From Octopus sinensis (taxonomy: Eukaryota), in the NCBI RefSeq assembly GCF_006345805.1, contig NC_043009.1:27466001-27530000 (forward strand): a stretch of 64,000 nt of DNA, in the 5' to 3' direction. The notes below the pieces were generated by a model. It was given only the letters and a program-made list of their open reading frames with translations, was not told where the DNA came from and ran no database searches. The position numbers and the translations under genes were made by a program. This document shows, one piece after another, positions 28,780 through 40,792 of this stretch (the stretch's first letter is position 1; each line of letters starts with the position of its first letter).

Positions 28780-29390
28780 ATAGAGGATATTCTCTTCGCT
28801 CCTTTGTGCCACATGGGCTCAACTCTCCTCCCCTCTTCATCTAACCCTCCCTCTCCTCTCTCCCTTTTGCACCTACTTCCTCCCACCCATCTCTCCTCTC
28901 TTGCTATAACTCCTACTTCTTCTCTTCACTCCTACTCTCCGTCTCTCTTCTCTTCACTCCTACCCACTTTCTCCCTTCTCTCTCTACCTTCATTGTCAAC
29001 CCTCCCTCGTAACCCCACTCCTACAAATCCAACCTTGTTTCTTTCTGTGTTCCTTTCTGTGAAAGAGCATAGGCACAAAACGTTAAAGACTTTTTCACTT
29101 CCCAAGCATTAAACATATATATCTGTTTGTTGTCTACACTACCTGCCTTCGTCTTTTGTTTTTTTTGTGAATTCTCCCCTATAAGTATATATATATGTAT
29201 ATATGTGAATCACTGGCGATTTTCTTCCTCTGTCTTCCTTTTCTATTGGACTTTCCTGATTCTGAAGAAGAGCTCTGCTCGAAACGTTAAACCACCTTTC
29301 TTTCTTTCCCTGACCGTCTGCTAATACTTTACCTGTACCACCTCCCCACCTTGTTTTTCTGTGTTTGTTCTTTGCTTTCTTGGGATTTAC
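28780..29390 (+). mobile_element. Penelope-like element 3' end / pseudo-LTR
   Basis: The plus frame ends YSLRSFVPHGLNSPPLFI*, which resembles PLE GIY-YIG endonuclease C-termini. It is followed by a CT-rich tract and two gaagagc...gctcgaaacgtt-type motifs typical of PLE pseudo-LTRs. Confidence 0.68.
29257..29293 (+). ncRNA. Minimal type-I hammerhead-ribozyme-like motif (degenerate stem I)
   Basis: CTGAAGA-A-GAGC-tct-GCTC-GAAA-CGT-T: core boxes CUGANGA and GAAA, 4-bp stem II, palindromic ACGU. Stem I (tgatt/aaacc) is only 3/5 paired. Confidence 0.5.
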
Positions 29391-29425
29391 TACATATGTG
29401 TATATACATATATATATATATATAT

Positions 29426-29466
<41 letters not shown>

Positions 29467-29748
29467 ATGAACACACACAGGCACACACATGGATAAATAA
29501 AAAATTGACAGTGATTCTGATGCTGTTGACATTGAAGAAAATTATAATCCAAGAAGGAATACAGGTATATTGAAGTTGAGTGTCAAAAATAATACTTAGA
29601 AAGCTATTTTTACATACAGTTCTGTTAGAGGAGTATAGGTTTTCCCAGTTAATTTTGTTTACTAAAGCAAAACATTTCAGTTATTCTCTGATCAATTATT
29701 CATATGCACATTTTGTGGTATTGCATCCCTAGTGTCTGTTTCTTATCG

Positions 29749-29799
<51 letters not shown>

Positions 29800-29808
29800 G
29801 TATACATA

Positions 29809-29854
<46 letters not shown>

Positions 29855-29902
29855 ATATATGTATTTATGTATATATATATATATATACATATATAGAAAT
29901 AT

Positions 29903-30300
29903 ATTCTTTTATTTATTTATTTATTTCAGTCCTTTCACTGTGTCCATGATGGAGCAGCACCACCTTTAGTCGAAAAAAATCAACGCCAGGACTCATTCTT
30001 TGTAAGCCTAGTACTTATTCTATCAGTCTCTTTTGCCGAACTGCTAAGTTATGGGTACGTAAGTACACCAGCATCAGTTGTCAAGCGATGTTGGGGGACA
30101 AACACAGACATACAAACATATATTATATATATATATATATAGACATACACATATATACAACACTCTTCATTCAGTTTCTTTCTACCAAGTCCACTCACAA
30201 GGCTATAGTAGAAGACACTTGCCCAAGGTCCCGCACAGTGGGACTGAACCCATAGCCATGTGATTGGTAAGCAAGCTACTTACCACACAGCCATTCCTAC
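29903..30300 (-). mobile_element. SINE family A
   Basis: Same head and tail as other family A copies, reverse orientation. Confidence 0.85.
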
Positions 30301-30315
30301 ACCTATATATACATT

Positions 30316-30361
<46 letters not shown>

Positions 30362-30368
30362 CCTTATA

Positions 30369-30435
<67 letters not shown>

Positions 30436-30894
30436 TCATACACACATATTCATACACATATTTCAGGAGACTAGTGGCAAAACTACCAAATTTTAGATTG
30501 CTGAAAGTATAGAAACCATGTTTCAGAAAAGGATAATTTCTCTACCAAATTTGTTCAAATTTAATGAGTCCCATTAATTAAGAGTTAAAAATTATTGAGG
30601 CTCTCCTACACATACAGACACACACGCCCTGGAGGAAAATCATAATTGAAAATCAATTTTGAAAACAATATGTTTTCTGAGAGAAATTGGAAAATACGTG
30701 TTTAGAATGTATTAAACTGGTAAAAGGAAGTTTATTGAAGCAAATATCAGTTATTTTTATAAGAATATTAATAATTTGATAAGAATAGCATTAAACAGAT
30801 TGAGGAAATTTTAGTTGAGTGGGCATGTATTTATACATAGGACTAGCTGGCAGTAAGAGAACACTGAACATACATCAAATAAAGATTTTTCAAT

Positions 30895-31520
30895 GCCTGG
30901 AAGGCCCTTTATATTGTAGTTCACAATTTCTGTTACCTAGGTGATATAATCTGTAGTGGTGGTAGGTGTTCTGAAAGCACAGTAGCCAGAATAAGAACGG
31001 AATGGAATAAATTCAGGGAGACATTACTTTTGCTGGAAACCAAAAGGACTCTTTCACAAATTGAAGGGAGAATTGTATTAGGCTTTTGTATGAAATATGA
31101 TTTTGTATATCACTGAAATATACTCTTCTGAATGAGAAGGATTTGAAAATGCTGGAATTAAATTAATCGGTCATGCTCCACTTGATGTGTAATGTTTGAG
31201 TCCAAGGATTACTGAATAAAATGAGTTGAGACAAACACTGAAGACAACAAGAACTCCTTGAAGTGTGCAAGAGAGAAGACTTTGCTATTATGAGCATTTG
31301 ATATGTATGGAGGGTAGCAGTTTTAAAGAAGTACCAAGTGGTCCAAGTGGAAAGAATCTGTAGGAGGGGAAGATTGCAAAAGACATTAGAGGAAGTGGAA
31401 AACACTGATCTGAGGAAACTGAATCTCAAAAATTGACAAGTAACTACAATGAGTGATGGGATGTTGTGCTGAAGATCTATCCAACTCACATAGAGAAATG
31501 GAGAAAAGGTAGAAAATAAT
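30895..31520 (+). mobile_element. Degenerate RTE-clade LINE, RT C-terminal fragment
   Basis: Plus frame VVHNFCYLGDIICSGGRCSESTVARIRTEWNKFRETLLLLETK...; later SVQERRLCYYEHLICM matches the RTE F.YLG....GG.....RI..AW.KFREL and ERRLRW.GHV.RM motifs; contains stops and frameshifts. Confidence 0.85.
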
Positions 31521-31984
31521 GATGCTGTTGGCACACACACACATACACACACACACACATTATATCACATCACATAGTTGTATGTATCTAGAAATTTGCT
31601 ATGTCATTCCTGTATCATGTTGGAGCAAAGGGTCAGCTATGTCATAAGATAAAATTATATTCTACAATATGTATTGAATACGTTTCTCATGTTTAAAGAT
31701 ATATATGTATATATATATATCATCATTGCTTATATAATATACATACCTACCTACATACAGACATACATACATACATATATGTGTGTATGTATATTGGTAT
31801 TCATACAGAATCTGAACATATATATATTTATGTATATTCACACACGCACACATACACACATATTATACATATATTTATATATACAGGACACCTGAGGTAG
31901 ATCATAGAATATAGTAATTGAAATATAGTGTAATTAGTAGCAGAAAAGATACAATAAGCATTCCTGAAATACCAAATATATTTA

Positions 31985-32548
31985 ATAAAGCAAGTTGCTT
32001 CATATAGTCTTATTCTTACTTTTGTATTTATTAGTTTCTGTAACCAGCTCAAATTTACTATGTTCATCCATATGTTTGTACTCATGTTAATATCTATATT
32101 CATGAAATGTATATTCCACAGCGTTGAAACAAACATAATTAAGAATTAAGTGTAATATCATGAAATCTCTTTGAGAATAATGTTGCAATCGAGAAGGTGA
32201 ATCTCGGTGAGCTTTTTGTGTGCACAGTTTGTGACAGACCTTGCTTTTCTTTTGCTGGGCTCATGGGAGACGAACCTCCACCAATTATTATGCATATATA
32301 TCTGTGTACACCTTTCAATGCCGTGTATGCCATAAGGTCTGTAAATCTAACAGAGGCCTCAAAAGATATTTTAAGATTTTTAAAGATCAGAACTTAACTG
32401 TACCTTTTTGGTGATCCAAATTAGATATAGAATCTATGCGGATGTCTTTTCAATACGTTTTCTGGTTTTAAAAAAATCACAGCAAATGCCATGATGCATC
32501 CAAGGCATAAGGAGGTGGCCAGACTCTGCTTAAGGAATAGACAACCAA

Positions 32549-32550
<2 letters not shown>
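31985..32550. mobile_element. Degenerate LINE 3' fragment with two C2H2-like zinc-finger relics (plus) preceded by an RT-thumb-like piece (minus)
   Basis: Plus strand FVCTVCDRPCFSFAGLMG and FQCRVCHKVCKSNRGLKRY (Cx2C...S..GL..H pattern of RTE C-termini, His codons mutated). Minus strand SWLQKLINTKVRIRLYEAT resembles the RTE KIRLY.A motif. Confidence 0.5.
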
Positions 32551-32607
<57 letters not shown>

Positions 32608-32698
32608 ATATAATTGAAACAGCTATAAGGGATAATGATTTGCTGTTGATAATAAACTCATGTATATACATATGCATATATATATATATATGCACACA

Positions 32699-32964
32699 TC
32701 ATAATGTTGGTAGATGTAGTTCACCAAAATATGCAGCCAGTAATAGAAGCAAATAAGCATTGGATAAATTGAACCTCCATCATCAGAATAGAAACAAAAC
32801 CTTAGATTTCAGATCATGATGCAGAGAAGTTTAAAGGTGGAATCATGATCTGTAATCTAAGATTTTGTTTCTACCCTGATAGCAGAGGCTTGATTTGTTC
32901 AATGTTTATTTGCTTCCATTACTGGCTGCATTTTTTTGTTGAACTACATCTACCAACATTATGA
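32699..32964. repeat. Fold-back inverted repeat, about 122-bp arms, 21-nt spacer
   Basis: TCATAATGTTGGTAGATGTAGTTCA at 32699 is the exact reverse complement of the end at 32964; arms stay colinear to GATCATGAT/ATCATGATC. Confidence 0.92.
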
Positions 32965-33819
32965 CAGATCTTCAGACTCCAGAAACAGCTATTGGGCTTA
33001 TTATGCACACATATATATATATGAAATGTGAATATATAAAATCATAAAATGCTTTGGCAAGACAGGTGCCTAATCTATTAAACAGAATTGGGGGGAAAAA
33101 ACATTCAGATTAAACACTAAACTAAAGATTTTGGAAGCAACTAAGAAATTAGTTGCAAACTCTAACACATTTTTAGGTATCATGGTTCATACTAGAGAAA
33201 TCCAATTTCAGAAAATGTTCTTGAAATAAAAACCTATGTCTCTGGCAAGTTTGTTTCCATTTCTATAACTTTTATTGAGAGCTAAGAATCAGAGAGGAAC
33301 AAACACGGAGAGAAACAAACTCATCCAAATCATATACACATACACAGATAAATACAAATAAATACACATGTATGCACACATATACACAGACACACAGAAA
33401 TTGGGTATAAAAAAGTAATGGAATATAAGTTTAGAAAACAGTATGATTTCTGATAAAAACAGTAAAGTATTTATTTAGAAGATATTAGCTAGTAAGGAAA
33501 AATTTATAGAAGCAGATATTAGCCATTTGTAGAAGAACATTAACTATTTGCTGAAGAATTGTGTAAAATATGCTTAGGTAATAACAAAATAAAACAAAAC
33601 ATAAAAACAATAAAATATAGAAGTATAAAAATAGTAAAACATAAAACTTGAAAATATGTTTGGATCAGATCATGTGATTTTGATGTGTTGGTAAAATAGA
33701 TAAAATATATTTACAAAAAGCAAAGATAATATGAAGAAAATATTTTTTAATGGAATGTAGAAAACAGAACAAATTATTGTTTTTTAAAGAAATATGCTTG
33801 AAAGTTTTAACCTACTTGA

Positions 33820-34070
33820 GAAAACCTCTATGTGGTCAGTTGACTTTCTAGAGTTAGCAGCCAAATCTCCTCAAATCATATCCTACCATCTTAAAAAGGG
33901 AAGGACACACTGATTAATGCAGTCCTAAGATGGAGAATGACACACCTGGAACACCTTTGATTATAGGTCTGCTTGATCAGAGCTGACCTTGGGCTAAACA
34001 ACAACAACAATAACAACAACAACAACAGCAACAACGACAATAACAATAATAACAATAACAACAACTACAG
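33820..34070 (+). mobile_element. Interspersed repeat with (AAC)n tail; related minus copy at about 26075-26290
   Basis: ggtctgcttgatcagagctgaccttgggctaaacaacaac shares its reverse complement with gttgtttaatactgggtcaactccaatcaagcagac. Confidence 0.6.
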
Positions 34071-34167
34071 TAGCTAGTTTATCGAAACATAAACAGGCCT
34101 ACATTAGATATGTGTATGTATGTATATGCCATGCGGCATATATAAGTATACATATCTGTACATACTT

Positions 34168-34218
<51 letters not shown>

Positions 34219-34601
34219 ATATATATCAGAAAGAGCAAGGCACAAATTAAAGCATTTCTCTATGTACACGTAAGTTATAAGAAGATCTTTTTATCTATTT
34301 TAGATACCCTTATTAACATCACTAAATACAAAACAGTTAAATTCTGATGTTCCATATTCTACAGAAAATTATGTAAGACATCTTGCTGGAAGTTAATGTA
34401 AGCCAAAATTTATGAGTGAAATCAGAAACCAATATTTCAATGTGAAGTCTAAGACCTCTTCACCATAACCCTTGAATTCTTCAGCTTGATCATAAACCCA
34501 TTAGCTGCCATAGAATATTATAATATATGGTTCCTTTGATCATAACATAGACATTAGCCAACTTGTTATAACCTTAACTCCTTCATGGAATCATTGATAA
34601 C

Positions 34602-34631
34602 TTATTGACCCACCGTCCAACGAGTATATTT
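34602..34631 (-). CDS. Candidate short exon (KYTRWTVGQ* as terminal exon, or 18-nt KYTRWT microexon using a gtgggt donor)
   Basis: Minus strand ttttaaaattttattttag|aaatatactcgttggacg|gtgggtcaataa. In phase 0 with the GPKEGK exon end; two CpGs in otherwise CpG-poor DNA. Could be chance. Confidence 0.25.
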   Translation of the reverse strand, partial: KYTRWTVGQ

Positions 34632-35025
34632 CTAAAATAAAATTTTAAAATATAATTAATAATAAAAGATTTCTTATTTTTAAAACAATAATTCCTTTGC
34701 TACTTTTTTTGTGTCATTATCACTTTTTTTAATAAGAAATATTTACAGAAATTTAATGAAAATACTTAACGAAATTGATAAAAAGCAATAAATATTCAAT
34801 CATATTTTATTGATATAGTTGGAATATCTAATGCGAAATAAATTTTTGGTGAATGCTAGTTATTGCATCACTTATTTGGTTGGAAATTAGTGAGAGTTGG
34901 CCTTAAATTACTATATTCTTCTTAATTCATTTCACTAACTATTCAGTACTCTTAATATCCTTAATATCCCTTGTATATTCACACAGATCTCAATATTGAT
35001 CCCTTTATCAATCCTTGCTATAAAC

Positions 35026-35221
35026 CAGTGGTTCCCAACCTTTTCACAGTGGTCCCCAACAGTGGGTCCCAGCCCTTTTATTTAAATGAGTTTTCCCATG
35101 GACCCCTTTTTATATGCTTATCCTTATGTATATATATGTAATTTTGAATTTAGTTCATGGACCTCCAGTACTACCTTTGCTGACCACCAGGGTTCTGCAG
35201 ACCCCAGGCTGGGAACCTCTG
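35026..35221. mobile_element. hAT-type MITE, ~196 bp, 8-bp TSD CTATAAAC/CTATAGAC
   Basis: TIRs CAGTGGTTCCCAACC / GGCTGGGAACCTCTG; flanking 8-mers at 35018-35025 and 35222-35229 differ by one base. Confidence 0.8.
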
Positions 35222-35499
35222 CTATAGACTCTGATGAGAATACTAATAATACTTAAAATGACAATTATTTAAACAAAATTTGTTCAATAAAAAATTATTA
35301 TTATTGTTGTGGCTGCTGCTGTTGTTGTTGTTGTTGTTGTTGTTGTTATGATTATTATTATCCTTTTGGAGATCGATAAAATGGGTATCAGTTGAGCACT
35401 GGGGTCAGTATAATTGACTAGACCCTGCCCCACAATCGACTATACCCTGCCCTGCAAATTTCAGCCTTTGTGGCAATAGTATAAAGTTTTATTAATGTT

Positions 35500-35700
35500 T
35501 TTTGAGGTAGTGAGCTGGTAGGATCACTAGCAAGCTGGATAAAATGCTTAGTGGCATTTCATTTGTCTCTATGTTCAACTTCTATTGAGGTTGACTTTGC
35601 CTTTCATCCTTCAGCATCGATAAAATGAGTCCCAGTCAAGCACTGGGATTGATGTCATCAACTTACCCCTCCTCTCAAAATTTCTGGCCTTCTGTCCAGA
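35500..35700 (+). mobile_element. CORE-like SINE family D
   Basis: ggtagtgagctggtagg...gactttgcctttcatcc... Confidence 0.75.
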
Positions 35701-37544
35701 TAAGAAAGGATTATTCTTATTCTTATTATCATCATGATTATTGTTATAAGAGTAATGAATAAGCAGAGTCATTAGAATGTCAGAAAAACTGCCTTTTGGC
35801 ATTTGTCCCAACTCCCTGTGTTTTGTGTTCAATTCCTGTCAAAGCCTAATTTCATGCTCACAAAATATAATACCAGTGAAATACTGAGGTTTGCATCATT
35901 GATTATACATACACCCTCTGACCCTCAAAATTGCTGACCCTTGTTTAAATTGGAAACATCTATTATTTTATTTGTTTTCAGTATTTTAATAAATATATAA
36001 CTGTGGCTACCATGGAAAAATCCTACTAGAATTGTCAGGAAGCTGGTACCAGACAAGAGATTTGACACATAATTATTGTAAGAATATCAGAAATGATGAA
36101 CTTGATGTTTAATCAAAACAAAATATATTCCTCAAGATTTTACATTTTTGAATGGCATCAGTAACTAGTTATTGGAGAAAGCAAGAATGAAATATTTCAT
36201 CATTTTATCAAAATGAAATACATTATTGGAAAATATTAGTGAAATAACCGCTTTAAAAACAGCTTCATTCATTGCACAATACGACATAATATCAATTATA
36301 GAATTTCCAAGAAACTAAATTAGTTGCTAAAGGTGGTAAGTATAAGTTGATTGTTTACACAAATTCTGTTATTCACTCATTGAATAATGAATACAAATAT
36401 GAACTAGTATCAACCAGTACAAAATTAGATTTTTCTGTTAAACTACATTTTAAACAATATATATTGAAATAGATAATCATGCATAAAATAAAGTCTACTG
36501 CTTTGGAAATGATGAAATATTTAAAAAAGTATTAAAATAAGACAATTTTAAGCATACTAAAATCATATGGACATAAATTAACTTATAGTCTGTTGTTAAT
36601 ATAGATTCAAAATAGTAACAAGATTCCCAGAAAACTCTAAATGTCTTATGTGCTGTTCCTAATTCAAATATAAATTCATTCACCAGAAATGTCATCATTT
36701 AGAAATAAATGTTAAATGATATCCTTATTTGATAGTCATGTAATAATGTCCTTATATAGTGACCCTAACTGATATCACATCTGCTGATCATATATATCTT
36801 CATGTAGTTAAGTTAAAATAAATTTCAAAGATGAATTTTTTCAAAAACAAAACACATTATCGATTATTTAAATAAAATGGTAAATCAATGACCACAACTA
36901 ATTCTTCACAACATCACAAGATAAACACAAATTTATAAGCAAATAAAACTTGGGTGAAAACTTTTTAAAGGTCAATATATTTCTGGACAAACATTTTAAT
37001 CTAGAACTATTATTAGTGATAACACTTCTAGTGTGAACTTGTCTTTCAAGAGTAAGCATTTAGACAACGTTACACATTTTACAATGATTTTACTGTAAGA
37101 TTTGAAAATTTTCTGTCAAAACTAAGAGATTAGATTTATCTTAAAGACATTTTATCTGGACAAACATTTGTAAGACATCGAAAAAGACAACAAAAACAAG
37201 GAGGAAAATAAAACTGAAGCACTATCACAAATCAACCCTAACACAAGCTTATAAGCTGTCTAACAAAAAAAAATAGTAAGCAGAAGCAAGCAAATGAAAG
37301 CAAAAACACACTCAAATGAACATGAAGAATATGAAAATGACAAAATGACAATGAGGTGGGGATGGTGGTGGTTGTAGTAGTGGTGATGATGATGATGATG
37401 ATGGTGATGACTTAATTAAGGAAAATCTTATTAACCTTGCTCAAGAAATTAAATTATCACATTTAGATAGATCCATAATACCTAACAGAGAACTTTAGAA
37501 TTTTATCAGGCTGGTCATAATGTCCAATAATAATAAAACTATCA

Positions 37545-37564
37545 TAATAATAATAATAATAATA

Positions 37565-37600
<36 letters not shown>

Positions 37601-37620
37601 TAATAATAATAATAATAAAG
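37545..37620. repeat. (AAT)n microsatellite (others at about 38045-38128 and 39405-39475)
   Basis: Directly visible. Confidence 0.9.
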
Positions 37621-38043
37621 ATAATTAATTGCAGAAGATGGTAAGTTTTAAGTTGAAAAACTTTATCAACTTGAAAACACCTTATTCTTTTGAAGCTCTA
37701 ACTTAACTGAAATATTAGAATTTTAACAGAATTTTAATTCTTAGATTCTTGCAAATCATAAATGGCACCCATAGTAAAATGTTGAACTTGTGGTTACTTG
37801 AGGCCACTGGGTGAAACCTGGAACAGCTTGTATAAAACAAAGCAACAATAAAATAATAATAATAATAATAATAATATTATGACAGCTGCTTGCATACTGA
37901 ATGTCTTCCACAATAACCTAACATTCAAGTACCTAGGGTTATAATTTTGTGGAAACAGATCCTGTGACACCTCTGGTGACAAGTTGCTGTCTACTCTCAC
38001 AGAATTAACCAGAGCACATATGATTGAGAGCTCTGAGAATTAA

Positions 38044-38102
<59 letters not shown>

Positions 38103-38139
38103 TGATAATAATAATAATAATAATAATAAGAAGAAGAAG

Positions 38140-38630
38140 AATAGTTTTGCCTAGGTATAAAAGGTGGGCTACAGCAAATATTCTGCTCAATACCACAGAT
38201 TTGCTTGTCAGTTGTTTGACCATAACCAGTTGAGCACGTCCCTTAGTAGCTGACGATATATACATCTCTAATCACGAGCAGAAGTAGTGGGAGAGCATCA
38301 TATCCATGTGTTGAGAGGAATTCTTTGGGATTTTGATAATTCACCTTTGGGAACATGGGTGTTTAGTTCAACATCCTTAAACAACCCTTGTACAGGGACC
38401 TTTTGAGTGGGATAGGCTACTCAACCTGAAGAAAATTCTGACTGGGCCCCACCTGCAAGGTCATGCACTGTTTACCTTGATATGAGATCACCATGTTGCG
38501 CACATATGGTTGTAATGCATGTGCCTGGTGTACCCCTATCAGACGGGTAGTCATGTTGGGTATATTGGGCTTCATATATTTTACCTGTGTCACTTTGATG
38601 GCATCCACTGCTCTCTCACACAATAATAAT
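38140..38630. mobile_element. Unclassified GC-richer interspersed repeat bounded by (AAT)n
   Basis: Complex, GC-richer block between AAT tracts, resembling a retroposon body; class not determinable by eye. Confidence 0.4.
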
Positions 38631-39404
38631 GTGTCTGATTTAGGTACAAGACCTACAATTTCAGGGATTGGATGTTTTTCTTTGTTGTCCCCAAAAGGAA
38701 AAGGCACAGTTAGCTTTGGTAGGATATGAACTTTCATTGCCAAGAGTCAAGAGTATATATATATTATATATATAATGAACCTAAATGGGGAAGTATGTGT
38801 CTGTGTCTTCATTTAAATTTGTATTCTGAGAAAGTTGCAAGAAGCAGTGGTGTTGTGATTTCTCCTGCCAACAGATCTTTCACTGAAGAGGAGTGAAATA
38901 AGAAATCCTTTACTTGAAAAACAGGTCAGTGTTAGTGATAGGAAGTGTATCTGCCTGTTAAAACAAAGCCTTAGTGATATATTCTTCTAAATCATGCTGG
39001 CATGGAAAAATGAAAGTAAAAACGAATGCAAAAGGAACAAAACGTCCATGATGTTTTAGGCATGGAAATTCAAATAGCTTTCCAAAAAGAACATCAGAGC
39101 ATTTGAAACTAGACAGAAAATTTGAGCCCAGCCATTGCAACGTCTCATTGATAAATGGTGATGTATGATGATAATGATGATATTAATGATGAAGAGGACG
39201 ATGATGCTGATGATAATGTTAATGATGAGGATGATAACGGCGGCGGTGGTGGTTTGTTTGATAAGCAATGTGGATTTAATCTGAGATATGCAGATTTAAG
39301 CGCTGTGTGCAATACCTGGAATGTAACGGAAACAACTTTGAACTAGTTTATCAAGTCTTTATCTACTTAGATATGGCATACTAATGATAATAACGGTTAT
39401 GATA

Positions 39405-39450
<46 letters not shown>

Positions 39451-39743
39451 TAATAATAATAATAATAATGATGATGAATTAATTTAAAAGGAAAAATTGG
39501 TTGTTAAATTTATAGCCAAACTAGATGCAAACACTAAGAGGGGAGGGAAAAAAACAGAGGAAAACTGGTTGTTGTTATTGCTAGCAATATATGTAAAACA
39601 AATAGAAAAAGTGTGATGTGGATAGGGGTGGGGATAGGGAATTAAAGGAAGAACCAGAAGCAACTGATAAAGATGCATAAGGTGCAGTCAGATCTCAAAC
39701 AAAACACCCAGCAACCAAGCAGTGAGTCAACAACAATGCATAC

Positions 39744-40235
39744 TTTTCCTTCTTTGGGACCATTGGCGACATTGGTGGCACGAACCGAGTTCTCTTTGAG
39801 GTTGGTAACGTTTGGAGTAGTAGTAGTAGAAGTAGCTGGACTACCAGGAGTAGCAAAGTTAGGAACATTCTTATCTGTAGTAGGAGTAAGAGGAGTGGTA
39901 GAAGTAGTATTGGTAGGAGTAGATAAGTTGCTAGTATTGACTGTATTGGTGCTCGTATTGTTGTTGTTGGTGGTGGTGATGTTGGTTGTGTTTGGCGCAC
40001 CATTGTTGGCTGTGTTGTTCTCTGAGACAGTCGTGATGGTTGTCGTACAAGAATTTAACCCCAGGTCATTTTGATCTTCCATTGGTGCATAGGAAACAAG
40101 TGAAGATGTAGCTGGTGATGGCAAATTGGAATGGTTTTTCCTGCCTGTAAACGTCCCAAGGTGCCTACCATTGCTGATAATGGAATCCCCTCCAGGGCTA
40201 TGCAGAAGAGAGTCACCACCACCAATTTGATTCCG
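39744..40235 (-). CDS. Internal coding exon (164 codons, phase 0-0) of an unidentified protein; Thr/Asn/Ser-rich low-complexity region
   Basis: The minus strand has a pyrimidine-rich acceptor (tttactgaacccttttccttgttatctctgccag|CGG) and a donor (GGA AAA|gtatgc). The 492 nt between them are stop-free: RNQIGGGDSLLHSPGGDSIISNGRHLGTFTGRKNHSNLPSPATSSLVSYAPMEDQNDLGLNSCTTTITT...NVANGPKEGK. GC content is higher than in the flanks. No family recognised. Confidence 0.75.
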
Positions 40236-40464
40236 CTGGCAGAGATAACAAGGAAAAGGGTTCAGTAAAAATGGTACAAAAAAAGAAAATAAATTATATG
40301 TTTATGTGTGTGAGAGAGAATGTGAGTGTGTGAGAGTGTGTGTATGTGTGTGTGGGTGTATGTGAGAGTGTGTGAGTAAGTTTATACATACATGTATGTA
40401 GGCAATCATGGTCGTATATTCAAAGAGATTTCATGATGTATGATATATATATGGGCATCTGTGC

Positions 40465-40495
<31 letters not shown>

Positions 40496-40520
40496 CAAAC
40501 ACACACATATATATATACAA

Positions 40521-40573
<53 letters not shown>

Positions 40574-40792
40574 TAGATATATATTTTAATTTAATCTGAT
40601 TTTTCTCATTTCTATTTCATTTAGCAAAGCAAACAAGAAACTCAGAGCAGTGGTGAAGTCACATCGCAGGTTGGAAAAAAAATCACTGAACTTTACCACA
40701 TAGATTGAGTACTATTGTCTCACATTTGTAAATCAAATCAAACACGCACACACACACAGACACACACACAAGCACACACACATACACATTCA

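Noticed and set aside
39673-40074. Plus-strand Val/Leu-rich 133-aa ORF that looks like a membrane protein
   Set aside because: It is the antisense shadow of the Thr/Asn-rich minus-strand exon; the splice signals support the minus strand.
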